Source: Candidatus Zixiibacteriota bacterium (GTDB taxonomy: Bacteria > Zixibacteria > MSB-5A5 > GN15 > JAAZOE01). From it: a stretch of 64,000 nt of DNA. The stretch covers positions 128,001 to 192,000 of the forward strand of contig JBDREQ010000073.1 in the NCBI GenBank assembly GCA_043819555.1, read 5' to 3'. Made by a program: the position numbers and the translations under genes. Position 1 is the stretch's first letter. Each line of letters begins with the position of its first letter. Of the stretch, positions 20,774 to 30,749 are shown in pieces. The notes below the pieces were generated by a model that did not search any database, was not told the origin of the DNA, and worked only from the letters and a program-made list of their open reading frames with translations.

Positions 20774-23233
20774 TTGGCGATAAAAGACGATTATCTGCAT
20801 AAAGCCGTTGCCGGCGCGCTATTTATAATTTCCCTGATAATTCTTAATATGACAAAAGCCCCGACCCTGTCTTTTTGGGATTGTGGCGAATTTATAACGT
20901 GCGCACATATTTTGGGAATTCCTCATCCTCCCGGAAATCCCCTGTGGGTTATTCTCGGCCGGATATTCAGCATAATTCCTTTTCACGTAGATATCCCTGC
21001 CCGTATAAATATGTTCTCTGCGGTTAGCGGCGCATTTGCCGTTATGTTCGCGTATCTGGTAACGCACAAATTGATAAATATGTGGTGGAAGTCGGAGCAA
21101 GTCGATAACTGGAGAAAATATACGGCATATTCCGGAGCAATTGTCGGCAGTATGATGTTTGGATTTTCACAAACCCAATGGAATAATTCTGTCGAAACAG
21201 AAGTCTATACGCCGGCGATGTTTTTAATGATAGTTATTATCTGGTTATTACTCCGATGGATTGAGAATCGGGAAAAACCGTCTTCAGTCAGGTATTTAAT
21301 ATTAATAAATTTCCTGGCGTTTTTATCCATCGGCATTCACCTGACGACGTTTTTAATAATGCCCGCAGTTTTTCTTACAGTTGTTTTATATTCAGCTCGA
21401 TTGAGAAAAGAAATAGTGTTTTATATTACAGGATTCTGTCTTGTCCTGGTTGCCCATAATATAGATATGTTTTTATGGTCAACGGGGATATGGCTGCTGG
21501 TCGTTATTTTTGGTGTTATGTTTTCCCGGAAACAGATCTGGAAGTTTTCCCTGGCTTTGATATTGGTGGCCATTGTGGGATATTCAGTACAAATTTATTC
21601 TCCGATTCGTTCCGCTCAAAAACCGGTCATCAATCAAAACGATCCATCCTACTCATTTACAAACTTCAAGAATTTTCTCGAACGCCGACAATACGGACGC
21701 GAGTCAATGATTGAGCGCGCTATGTCGAGGAGGGCGGAGCTAAAAAATCAATTTGGGATTTTCCCTCGTATGGGATTTTGGGGATTCTTTTCAAAGCAAT
21801 ATGGAATAAACGGGCGTTCTTTCGCGTTTTTATTTGTTTTAGGATTATTGGGAATATGGGAATTGATACGGAGGCGAACGATGATTGGAATTCCCTTTTT
21901 TATCCTCATAATTCTTGGAACCGTATTTTTGGTCTGGTATATGAATTTTGCCGATGGCACCAGAATAGATCCGTTAACCGGCGACGGGGGACTTGAAGTG
22001 CGCGATCGTGATTATTTCTTCACTCCAGGATTTGTTCTCTTCGGATTGGCAATAGGATTGGGAGTAGCCGGCTTGATGGAGATGGCTCGCGAGTCGATAT
22101 TATTTAAATCAAAAATGCTTCGCCGTGCGACCATGTCTATTCTGTCATTGCTGATATTACTCGGCGCTGTTCCGGTAGCCGCCAATTACTACGTCTCCGA
22201 CCGTTCCGGCAACTATATACCTTATGACTTTGCATATAATAATTTGATATCATGCGATCCCAATGCAATATTATTTATCGGCGGCGACAACGATACTTTC
22301 CCAGTCTGGTGCCTGCAAAATGTTTATAAATTCAGAACCGATGTGACAGCTGTAAACCTTTCTCTGGCCAATATGGATTGGTATATCAGACAGATTCGGG
22401 ATATAAAAAAGATACCAATCAGATGGACGGATTCTCAAATAAGTAATTTGAGACATCGCTTACTGGAGGGTCAGGTGCGGTATCGAATTCAGGATCAGGT
22501 TCATGATGAAATTTTGGCTGTAAATCGTTGGCAAAGGCCGATTCATTATTCAATATCGATTCCACCGAGTATGCGGCAGTATAAGGGCCGGCCCATTGAC
22601 GACAGGATTGTGATGCAGGGGATGGTCGATCGACTTGAGCCGGGACAAAGGTCCGGGCGAATTGATTTGGAAAAGGCCAAAGACCTGTATTTCAATAAAT
22701 TCAAATTTCGCTCTATTAGTGATGATAGGATATATAAAGATGAACGAACAAGGGCTTTAACCGGAAATTATACCGCCGGCCTATCATTAATGGCTGATTC
22801 ATTGCGCAAATTGGGACAACTCGAGGAAGCAATAAAGCTTGCCGAATATAGTACAAAGATCGTTCCTTTTGATGTCGGCGCATATAATTATCTTGCTCAA
22901 CTTTATGTCGAATCCGGACAGGATTATTTGGTTGATTCAATTGTCAATTTAATACCTCGTGAACGGGCTGTCGAAATGTACTATACCTGTGCTACGGTTT
23001 ATGATAAAATCGGAAATCGAAAGCAAGCCAAAGAAATAATAAGTGCTACTCTGGATACATTTCCACATTTTTATAACGGTTTTCGACTTTATTCACAGTG
23101 GCTGTTTGAGGACCAGGAGTGGAATCGAATGAGAACTGTAATCGCAGACTGGCTGAAAAACAATCCAGATGATCCGGATGCGCTTAACATAATGAAATCG
23201 CTGAAATCTTTACCCTCCAGCCAAAATGATTAA
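20774..23233 (+). CDS. DUF2723 polytopic membrane GT-C glycosyltransferase (TMEM260-like) with C-terminal TPR-like region
   Basis: SFWDCGEFI...LGIPHPPG.PL, ETEVY, EVRDRDYFF, GDNDTFP.W. Confidence 0.85.
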   Translation: MAIKDDYLHKAVAGALFIISLIILNMTKAPTLSFWDCGEFITCAHILGIPHPPGNPLWVILGRIFSIIPFHVDIPARINMFSAVSGAFAVMFAYLVTHKLINMWWKSEQVDNWRKYTAYSGAIVGSMMFGFSQTQWNNSVETEVYTPAMFLMIVIIWLLLRWIENREKPSSVRYLILINFLAFLSIGIHLTTFLIMPAVFLTVVLYSARLRKEIVFYITGFCLVLVAHNIDMFLWSTGIWLLVVIFGVMFSRKQIWKFSLALILVAIVGYSVQIYSPIRSAQKPVINQNDPSYSFTNFKNFLERRQYGRESMIERAMSRRAELKNQFGIFPRMGFWGFFSKQYGINGRSFAFLFVLGLLGIWELIRRRTMIGIPFFILIILGTVFLVWYMNFADGTRIDPLTGDGGLEVRDRDYFFTPGFVLFGLAIGLGVAGLMEMARESILFKSKMLRRATMSILSLLILLGAVPVAANYYVSDRSGNYIPYDFAYNNLISCDPNAILFIGGDNDTFPVWCLQNVYKFRTDVTAVNLSLANMDWYIRQIRDIKKIPIRWTDSQISNLRHRLLEGQVRYRIQDQVHDEILAVNRWQRPIHYSISIPPSMRQYKGRPIDDRIVMQGMVDRLEPGQRSGRIDLEKAKDLYFNKFKFRSISDDRIYKDERTRALTGNYTAGLSLMADSLRKLGQLEEAIKLAEYSTKIVPFDVGAYNYLAQLYVESGQDYLVDSIVNLIPRERAVEMYYTCATVYDKIGNRKQAKEIISATLDTFPHFYNGFRLYSQWLFEDQEWNRMRTVIADWLKNNPDDPDALNIMKSLKSLPSSQND

Positions 23234-23254
23234 GTTTCACAGGGGAAATAATTC

Positions 23255-24367
23255 GTGAATATTTTAGCCCTTAATTGGCAGGACTTAAAAAACCCGATGT
23301 CGGGAGGAGCCGAGGTTCATCTGGAGGAATTACTCCGACGGATTGCGGTCTTAGGTCACTCAGTTACGTTATTATGTTCTAATTACATAGGCGGATTATC
23401 TGAAGAATTAGTTGAAGGCGTAAAGATTATTCGAACGGGTAACCGGTACAACTTTAATCTGGTAGCTCCTTTTCATCTCAGACAACTGATTAAGAATGAG
23501 AAGTTTGATCTATTCCTTGAAGATATCAATAAGATCCCGTTTTATTCCCCGTTATATTTGGATTTGCCTACGATTGTCGTAATTCCTCATCTTTTTTCAA
23601 CGGCGGTATTTCAGGAAATTAATTTTATTCTGGGAAGCTATATATATCTTGCGGAAAAACCTCTTACGCGGATTTATCGCAAAAAACAATTTTGTGTGAT
23701 ATCTGAATCGACGGCAGGAGATATTATGGCCCGCGGAATTCCGAAAGAAAATATTTCCGTAATTCATTGCGGCATTGATCGGGGGCTATATAACAACAGC
23801 AGAGGATTTCAAAAATTCGATTATCCTTCAATCTTATATCTGGGCCGAATCAAAAAATATAAATCAGTCCAACATCTGATATCTGCCTTTGCATTAGTAA
23901 AAAAAATAATGCCCAACGCAAGACTGACGGTGATTGGAGCCGGAGACTATCTCGAAATCCTTAAGGAGCAGGCTCAGGAATTGAAATTGACGGACTCTGT
24001 GGAGTTTCCGGGTTTTGTATCCGAGGAGACAAAAGTAGAATACCTGTGTCGCTCTCATGTGATGGTATATCCATCTCTTAAAGAAGGATGGGGATTGACA
24101 AATATTGAGGCCAATAGCTGCGGCACAACCGTAATTGCGGCTAATACCCCCGGGTTGTGTGATTCGGTTAAGCATGATATTAGCGGATTATTATATGAAT
24201 ATGGCAATATTGCGGAGTTATCCGACAAAATCATTATGATTCTAAGTGATGATGACAAAAGGAAAGTATTGGAGAGAGGCGGCCTGAATTGGGCGGAACA
24301 GTTTAATTGGGATATGGCGGCTGACAGGTTCCTTGCTTTATGCAAAGAGGTTGCCCGAGAAAAATGA
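23255..24367 (+). CDS. Glycosyltransferase family 4
   Basis: WQD..NP.SGGAEVH, YLGRIKKYK, EGWGLTNIEA (EX7E). Confidence 0.92.
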   Translation: MNILALNWQDLKNPMSGGAEVHLEELLRRIAVLGHSVTLLCSNYIGGLSEELVEGVKIIRTGNRYNFNLVAPFHLRQLIKNEKFDLFLEDINKIPFYSPLYLDLPTIVVIPHLFSTAVFQEINFILGSYIYLAEKPLTRIYRKKQFCVISESTAGDIMARGIPKENISVIHCGIDRGLYNNSRGFQKFDYPSILYLGRIKKYKSVQHLISAFALVKKIMPNARLTVIGAGDYLEILKEQAQELKLTDSVEFPGFVSEETKVEYLCRSHVMVYPSLKEGWGLTNIEANSCGTTVIAANTPGLCDSVKHDISGLLYEYGNIAELSDKIIMILSDDDKRKVLERGGLNWAEQFNWDMAADRFLALCKEVAREK

Positions 24368-25368
24368 GCACAAGAACGAAAAAAATCTTAATGCAAATTG
24401 CCGGAATTATCATTTCAGTGTCTCTTTTGTTCTACCTATTCTATAGAGTTGATTACACCGAACTTTCCGGAGCTCTAAAAGATGCCAATTACTGGTGGTT
24501 GATTCCGAATGTTATTCTCATTATGGTTACGATGGTATTCAGGGGATTGCGATGGAAGCATATGTTTTCACCGATAAAGAATATCCCTTTCTCAAGATTG
24601 TTTTCGATTACGGTGATTGGATTTATGGCTAATAATGTTCTGCCTTTTCGTTTGGGTGAATTCGTTCGGGCCTATTCACTGTCGGTCAAAGAGGATGTAT
24701 CGAAATCAGCTTCGCTGGCGACAATATTTGTTGAGAGAATTGTGTTTGATTTGCTGGCTTTGTTAATCATATTTTCCGGTGTCCTTTTTGTCTCTCCGTT
24801 AATTCTCAATCAACAGCTGAAATTTGGAGCCGTGGTAACAATTATCGTCGGACTTTTGGGATTATTATTTACAGTGTATCTGAGTCGTCGGGGGAAACGA
24901 GAAAGTCATATCCTGAAGAGATTACTTAATATTATGCCGAAAAAGATTCGCCCCCATGTCGATGACGCGGTAAAAAGATTTGCATCCGGGATGGAATTTA
25001 TGAGGGATTGGCGCAGTATATTCTGGACAACTTATCATACTTTTATGATCTGGATGATAATGGGGATTTCAAATTATTTCATTCTCCTCGCGTTTGGACT
25101 GGAACTCCCTCTGGCGGCATCTTTTGTGATTTTAGTTGTTGTATCCATTCTCATAATGGTACCTGCCTCTCCGGGATTTATCGGCGTATATCATTATGGG
25201 GCGGTGTTATCATTAGGATTTTACAATATTGATCAATCGACAGCGTTATCCTGTTCCATAGTCATGCATGCCGCTCAGTATTCGGTCGTAACGCTGGTCG
25301 GATTTTATTATCTGCGCAAAGAGCATCTTTCATTAAAACAAATTGAAAAAGAAGCAGAATCTAATTAG
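24364..25368 (+). CDS. UPF0104 / LPG-synthase TM-domain (flippase-like) membrane protein
   Basis: RGLRW, GFMANNVLPFRLGEFVR, TIFVERIVFD, VPASPGFIG. Confidence 0.88.
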   Translation: MSTRTKKILMQIAGIIISVSLLFYLFYRVDYTELSGALKDANYWWLIPNVILIMVTMVFRGLRWKHMFSPIKNIPFSRLFSITVIGFMANNVLPFRLGEFVRAYSLSVKEDVSKSASLATIFVERIVFDLLALLIIFSGVLFVSPLILNQQLKFGAVVTIIVGLLGLLFTVYLSRRGKRESHILKRLLNIMPKKIRPHVDDAVKRFASGMEFMRDWRSIFWTTYHTFMIWMIMGISNYFILLAFGLELPLAASFVILVVVSILIMVPASPGFIGVYHYGAVLSLGFYNIDQSTALSCSIVMHAAQYSVVTLVGFYYLRKEHLSLKQIEKEAESN

Positions 25369-25463
25369 GCGCCTTCTCATAAATTTCTTTTACCCTTTGC
25401 CGCTAAAACATTCTAATCTTGACTTAATATATACAAATCTATATTATTTTAGTGGAGGATAAC

Positions 25464-25994
25464 ATGAAGAAATACATTCTCGTCGTTGTACTGGTGCTAA
25501 TATTAGTGAGTATAGCTTATATCAAGGCCATTTATTCAACGCAGGAAAGACAAAAGGTTCAGGATATTTCTCAGAATGATGAGTATATCGGTGAAGCTGA
25601 CCTGGAAAAAATGGCCGATTCGCTCAGATTGTTTTTCGTGGATTCGGTCTATGCGGCGTTGTCTGATTCCATAAGCGTTTTGAGTGATACTTCCGATTCG
25701 AATGAGAAAATTGCAAAATTGAATCAAACCATTGATTCCCTTGAAAATTCATATAAAAGCCTGGATGCCAAATTTGACAGAACAAATAGCGAATTAAAAA
25801 ATGCGAAAGACGATTATTCTGGGCTGAGGCTAAATTTGGCTGATAAGTACTATAAAGGCGAACTGGCAAATCTTCCCGCGGATTTATCTGATTATGAAAA
25901 ATCCGTGTCCATTAAAGAAATAAAAAACAAAACAAAAAAGTATTTTGATCTCACGACAGAGCAATTGAATGGAATCGCCAAAAAGAATAAATGA
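25464..25994 (+). CDS. Membrane-anchored coiled-coil hypothetical protein
   Basis: GGAGG SD; N-terminal hydrophobic anchor; heptad-like central region. Confidence 0.7.
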   Translation: MKKYILVVVLVLILVSIAYIKAIYSTQERQKVQDISQNDEYIGEADLEKMADSLRLFFVDSVYAALSDSISVLSDTSDSNEKIAKLNQTIDSLENSYKSLDAKFDRTNSELKNAKDDYSGLRLNLADKYYKGELANLPADLSDYEKSVSIKEIKNKTKKYFDLTTEQLNGIAKKNK

Positions 25995-26040
25995 AGCCAT
26001 TATTAAATCTGAATTGCAATTGGCGGAATAGGATTATTTT

Positions 26041-26370
26041 ATGGCCCGCAAAAAGGAATCTGATTTTGCCGAGATTATTGTTGACCAATTATTCATAGAA
26101 TCATTCCCAGTCGAGTCTTCGGCTTATTACAAAACCAAATCCGAAAAGATTCGAGACCAAAAGTTTGATCAGTTTAGAAATAAATTTCGATGGCATGTAT
26201 CACGCTCGCTAAGTATGCGTCAAAAACAGGTCTTGTTGTTGACAATCGAAGGCAAAAAACAGCGAGAAATAGCTGTAATACTGGGAATCACACAACAGGT
26301 TGTCAGTATTTATAAGCGTCGCGCGCTCAACAAGTTAAAAAATAAATTAACTGTTGAAGTGTATGTATAA
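26041..26370 (+). CDS. Stand-alone sigma70 region 4 / LuxR-type HTH protein
   Basis: LSMRQKQVLLL..EGKKQREIAVILGITQQVVS.YKRRAL.KLK. Confidence 0.8.
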   Translation: MARKKESDFAEIIVDQLFIESFPVESSAYYKTKSEKIRDQKFDQFRNKFRWHVSRSLSMRQKQVLLLTIEGKKQREIAVILGITQQVVSIYKRRALNKLKNKLTVEVYV

Positions 26371-26551
26371 TTTCTAATAGACGAGAGGACTAAATTTAGA
26401 AGAGCGCAATACCTATCTCATTACTTTGAATGATAGATCCCTCACACTGTAGAAAACATAAAGTATAATTGGTTGGAGGTGATAATATTGTAAGATTACT
26501 CCCCACGTAATACCGCCATTTATAACATTGTGAACCTCAAGGGGAGGCGTT

Positions 26552-26740
26552 ATGCCGAAGAGAAAAAAGGCAATCAAGTTCGCGAAATTAGGAGAAAAAG
26601 ATTTGTGGCATCCATACGGCTTGCAATCATTGAATTCGGAACGATTTGTCAAAGTGGTTAATCGAATTCTCAAAGGCAAGATCGGTTTATTACCAAGGCG
26701 GCAAATGGCACCGCTGCAAGAGACATTATTCAAAATTTAG
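26552..26740 (+). CDS. Small basic hypothetical protein (62 aa)
   Basis: GGGGAGG SD 4 nt before the ATG; upstream TATAAT; no recognised domain. Confidence 0.5.
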   Translation: MPKRKKAIKFAKLGEKDLWHPYGLQSLNSERFVKVVNRILKGKIGLLPRRQMAPLQETLFKI

Positions 26741-26850
26741 GGGTGACACAAACGATCTAATGGTTTCTTACAGAATGAGGGGGGATTCTCGTTGCTGTGA
26801 AATTAAAAATTTATAAAAATAATTGCTGAACTGCGCATGTCGCAAGTTTA

Positions 26851-26883
26851 AAATGTCCCCGTATTTTTAAAACGGGGACATTT
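26851..26883. terminator. Bidirectional terminator
   Basis: AAATGTCCCCGT..ACGGGGACATTT, 12-bp stem between convergent genes. Confidence 0.8.
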
Positions 26884-26900
26884 GCGTGTGATGAATTTCA

Positions 26901-28268
26901 TTATTGATAAAAAGGAAGTACCTTAACCTCGCCGTATTTTTCCAATTGCGGAAGTACTTCTTCGGCATTCCCAATAAGAACCAACCTATAATTTTCCAGC
27001 GGGAAATTATCTTTGGCCGCCTTCATTAAAGATTCAGTTGTAACCTTTTTGAAAGATTCTTGATAGTCCTCATAGTAGGATTTATTAAGTTCATAGATCC
27101 ACAGATTTAGGTATTTAGAAGATATTGCTTCATTGGTTTCGAAACCTAATGGATATAGGCCATTACGGTATCTGATTATCCCATTCAATTCGTCATCGGT
27201 CAAGGGGATAGTTTTGATTTTTTGTGTTTCATTAAAAATTATATCAAGGACTTCACTGACAGAGGCGTTTTTAGTAAAGGTCGAAACGTACAGGATTCCA
27301 GCGTCAGAAAACCTGGAAGATCTCAAACTAACGCCATAAGTTAATCCGCGTTTTACGCGAATTTCATCGACCAGTCGGGATGTAAATGATCCAGCAAAAA
27401 TGGTCTGTGCGGCGTCAAACGGAATGCGGTCCGGAGCGTCCATACCGGGTCCGTTGGCTCCGAATCTAATTTGGGTCTGGCTGGCATCTTCCTTGTCGTA
27501 GAGAATGATTTCCATACCTTTTGTTTTCTCAAAATCTGCCTTGACAGCGGGAAGTATTTTTTTGCCCTTCCAATTACTAAAATACTTCTGGCACCATTGT
27601 GTGATCATCTCCGCGCTAATATCTCCGCAAATAATAAGCAGGCAATTATCCGGCGTATAGGCATTCTTATAAAAATCAAGGACAGCTTCGCGTTTGATGC
27701 CTGAAACCATAACCGGGTTCCCCGAGGGAATATGAGCAAAAGGACTTTCAGTCAGAATGAAATTAAAAATATGTTCAGTGGCCATACTTGATGCGTCTTC
27801 TAATCGGCTCTGAAGGTTGGCAATTGTGCGAGTTTTTGTTTTGGTAAATTCTTCTTCAGTGAATGAAGAATTTAAAACGATATCGGCCAGTATTTCTATT
27901 GCCGATTGGCCATATTCCGATAAAAATTCTCCGGAAAAACCGCTCATTTCACGCCCGCAATAATTGCTCAAAGAACCGCCCTGAAACGATATTTCTTCGG
28001 CTAATTCCTGGGCCGTGCGAGTCTGAGTCCCTCGCATCATCATCTCATTGCATAAATTTGCCAGACCAAATTTGCCATCGGGGTCATGTATTGATCCGCA
28101 GCGAAATCCAAAATCCAGTGAAAATAATGGTAAATTGTGCCGTTCAATGACAAGAATTTGCATACCATTATCAAGTTTTATTGATTTTGACTCAGGGAGA
28201 TTTATCCTTGCAGCGATTGGTGCGCCAAGAATTAATATAGCCGCGCAATAGATGATTAACTTTCTCAT
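26901..28268 (-). CDS. M16B peptidase non-catalytic subunit
   Basis: M16 fold with HxxEH replaced by NLCNE; SRL..IRVKRGLTY motif; signal peptide. Confidence 0.88.
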   Translation of the reverse strand: MRKLIIYCAAILILGAPIAARINLPESKSIKLDNGMQILVIERHNLPLFSLDFGFRCGSIHDPDGKFGLANLCNEMMMRGTQTRTAQELAEEISFQGGSLSNYCGREMSGFSGEFLSEYGQSAIEILADIVLNSSFTEEEFTKTKTRTIANLQSRLEDASSMATEHIFNFILTESPFAHIPSGNPVMVSGIKREAVLDFYKNAYTPDNCLLIICGDISAEMITQWCQKYFSNWKGKKILPAVKADFEKTKGMEIILYDKEDASQTQIRFGANGPGMDAPDRIPFDAAQTIFAGSFTSRLVDEIRVKRGLTYGVSLRSSRFSDAGILYVSTFTKNASVSEVLDIIFNETQKIKTIPLTDDELNGIIRYRNGLYPLGFETNEAISSKYLNLWIYELNKSYYEDYQESFKKVTTESLMKAAKDNFPLENYRLVLIGNAEEVLPQLEKYGEVKVLPFYQ

Positions 28269-29590
28269 TGCCCACCTCCTTCCGGGATCAATACCGCCAG
28301 AGTGGAATTATTTTTCGTAAAATATCTTCCGGCAACTTTTTTGACTTCATCTGCAGTGACCGCTTTAACCTTATCGACAAAACCATACATCGTTTTCCAA
28401 TCGCCATAAAGGCTATGGTAGTATCCAATTTCATGGGCGATGTCGTTATTAGTTTTATAGTTTTTGTAAAAATTGGCGGTGAGAGTGTTTTTTGCTTTTT
28501 CCATTTCCTCTTCATTCGGTCCATTGGTTATAAAATCGGTCAGAATCGAATCAATGGCGATTTCGATCGGTTCGTATCCTTTGTTTGGTGATATGGCAAA
28601 ATAAAAATAAAAGAGGGAAGGGTCATATCCCCATTCAAAGCCGCCATACATTCCCGTAATCAATTCCAAATCGTTTATCAGGGCCTGTTGCATCCGACTG
28701 GATTCACCGGTTGTCAAAATTGATTGCAGGACTTCCAGGGCATAAAGATCGGGACTATCCTTATCGCAAACATGATAGCCTAGCATTAGGTGAGAATGGC
28801 TTGCCGGATTTCTAATTATTACTTTGCGCTGCCCCCTCTGTTCAGGTTCGTTTTTTATTACGGGGGGAGGCGGAGGCCCGGAGGGTATGTCTTTATAGTA
28901 ATCCTCAATTAGTTTAATAGCCTTGTCCGTTTCGAAATCTCCGGAAATTACCAGGACGGCATTATTAGGCGCATAAAATGTCGAGTGGTATAACAGGCAA
29001 TCTCCTCGAGTAATACTATTGAGATCTTCCATCCAGCCGACAATTGGCCAGCTATATGAGTGAGCCTTGTAGGCGGAAGAAAAAAGTTCTTCGTAGAGTA
29101 AACCTGTATTGTCGTTATCAATGCCGACACGGCGTTCTTCCTTAACAACCCCGATTTCCGATGCCAGCATCTCCGGTTCAAAGGCAAGATTCGCCATCCG
29201 ATCAGATTCCATATCAATGACAAGTTCCAAAATGTCAGAAGAGAAGTTCTGATAATAGGCTGTCATATTTTTTGAGGTATAGGCATTGGAATACCCGCCA
29301 TTTCGCTCCAAAGTCAAATCAAACATTTTGGGTCCGTATCGTTTGGCGCCGTTAAACATCATATGCTCAAAAAAGTGGCTGATACCGGTGATGCCGGGCC
29401 GCTCATTGCGCGAACCTACTTTAAAAAAAGTGTAAGTGGATATTATCGGAGCAGTATGATTTTCGTATAGCAGGACGGTCAAACCGTTGGCAAGTTTGTG
29501 TTCGGTCACATCAAGATTAAATTCCGCCAATATCGGAGATGCCGCAAAAAGCGCAATTAAGAAAATCATTGATATTTTGTAAAGCTTCAA
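28265..29590 (-). CDS. M16B zinc peptidase catalytic subunit
   Basis: GSRNE..G.SHFFEHMMF, NAYT, VVKEER; signal peptide. Confidence 0.93.
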   Translation of the reverse strand: MKLYKISMIFLIALFAASPILAEFNLDVTEHKLANGLTVLLYENHTAPIISTYTFFKVGSRNERPGITGISHFFEHMMFNGAKRYGPKMFDLTLERNGGYSNAYTSKNMTAYYQNFSSDILELVIDMESDRMANLAFEPEMLASEIGVVKEERRVGIDNDNTGLLYEELFSSAYKAHSYSWPIVGWMEDLNSITRGDCLLYHSTFYAPNNAVLVISGDFETDKAIKLIEDYYKDIPSGPPPPPVIKNEPEQRGQRKVIIRNPASHSHLMLGYHVCDKDSPDLYALEVLQSILTTGESSRMQQALINDLELITGMYGGFEWGYDPSLFYFYFAISPNKGYEPIEIAIDSILTDFITNGPNEEEMEKAKNTLTANFYKNYKTNNDIAHEIGYYHSLYGDWKTMYGFVDKVKAVTADEVKKVAGRYFTKNNSTLAVLIPEGGGQ

Positions 29591-29775
29591 AGAAAACCTC
29601 CTTGATTATTGAATGAAGAATAAGTTATTTTCCTATTTTGTTAAAATAAGATACTCAAATTTTGCTTGACCCGAAAGTGAAAAAGGTCTATTTAACAATT
29701 CTTACGTTAAGTATATAAACTTGTTGCATGTTTGACAGGAACCAATTTGGACACGGTCAAGTATAATAAGCAATT

Positions 29776-30294
29776 ATGAAAAATTGGGTAATTCAAATAC
29801 TGTTTATTCTTCTGCTATCGGCGGTTCTGGCGGGCGCCATCAATAGCTTTCGAAATGATGGAATATCATTTATCGGCAATTGGCCTTCCCGGACTGCTCA
29901 AGCCGGCGAGATGATAGTACCCCCATCAGCGGCAGAGGGCGACCCGCCTTATATTTCTCTGGATGAGGCAGTCGCTTTATACCAAATGGCGAATAATATA
30001 TTCATAGACGCGCGCGATTCTGAGGATTTTGAATTTGCCCATATCAGGAGAGCCATAAATATCCCCTTTGATTATCTTGATGAACACTGGGAAGGTGTTA
30101 TTGCCGGAATGGATAAATCCGCGCAATATATAATTTATTGCAGTGGCAGCGAATGCGAATCGTCATTATTCCTCGGCCGGTATTTTCGTGATGAACAATT
30201 TTCTCATATCAGAATATTTTACGGCGGTTGGGGTGAATGGGAAGCCAACGATCTCCCGATAGTGACTGAATCAAGCAATGGTGAAAACCAATGA
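29776..30294 (+). CDS. Membrane-anchored rhodanese-like protein
   Basis: FIDAR..F..AHI..AINIP, IYCSGSEC, GGWGEW. Confidence 0.88.
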   Translation: MKNWVIQILFILLLSAVLAGAINSFRNDGISFIGNWPSRTAQAGEMIVPPSAAEGDPPYISLDEAVALYQMANNIFIDARDSEDFEFAHIRRAINIPFDYLDEHWEGVIAGMDKSAQYIIYCSGSECESSLFLGRYFRDEQFSHIRIFYGGWGEWEANDLPIVTESSNGENQ

Positions 30295-30746
30295 GAAAAT
30301 TCCTTTCCAATGATTTTGTTACAATGGTTTGTAGACTTTTATTCGGCGGCATTTTTATATATGCCTCGTTGGATAAGATTACTAATCCTGATCAATTCGC
30401 GCGCATCGTCTATAATTATCATCTTTTACCAGGTTCACTGGTAAATGCGGCTGCCTTAATCCTCCCGTTGAGTGAATTTATCGCGGGTCTATTTTTAATA
30501 TTGGGGATTTTTTACAAGGGAAGCCGCAATTATCTTCTCATTTTGATGATTGTATTTATGATAGCCATAAGCATCAATATTTTTAGAGGCGTAAATCTTG
30601 AGTGTGGGTGTTTTTCCGTCAGCTCCAAAGCAAAATCTCACGGTCTTTATTTAATTTTACGTGATGTAGCCTACCTGATACCCGGAATCGTCCTAATGTT
30701 CTCGAGAAGCGTTAGATGGATGTTACAAACGCCTTCGCGGAACTAA
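30291..30746 (+). CDS. MauE/DoxX family membrane protein
   Basis: R..GGIFIYA..DKI..P..F, LECGCF, RD. Confidence 0.88.
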   Translation: MRKFLSNDFVTMVCRLLFGGIFIYASLDKITNPDQFARIVYNYHLLPGSLVNAAALILPLSEFIAGLFLILGIFYKGSRNYLLILMIVFMIAISINIFRGVNLECGCFSVSSKAKSHGLYLILRDVAYLIPGIVLMFSRSVRWMLQTPSRN

Positions 30747-30749
30747 TTC

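Noticed and set aside
26901..28268. M16 gene lacking HxxEH as a pseudogene
   Set aside because: The ORF is intact with the R/Y motif. Active/inactive M16B heterodimers are well known.
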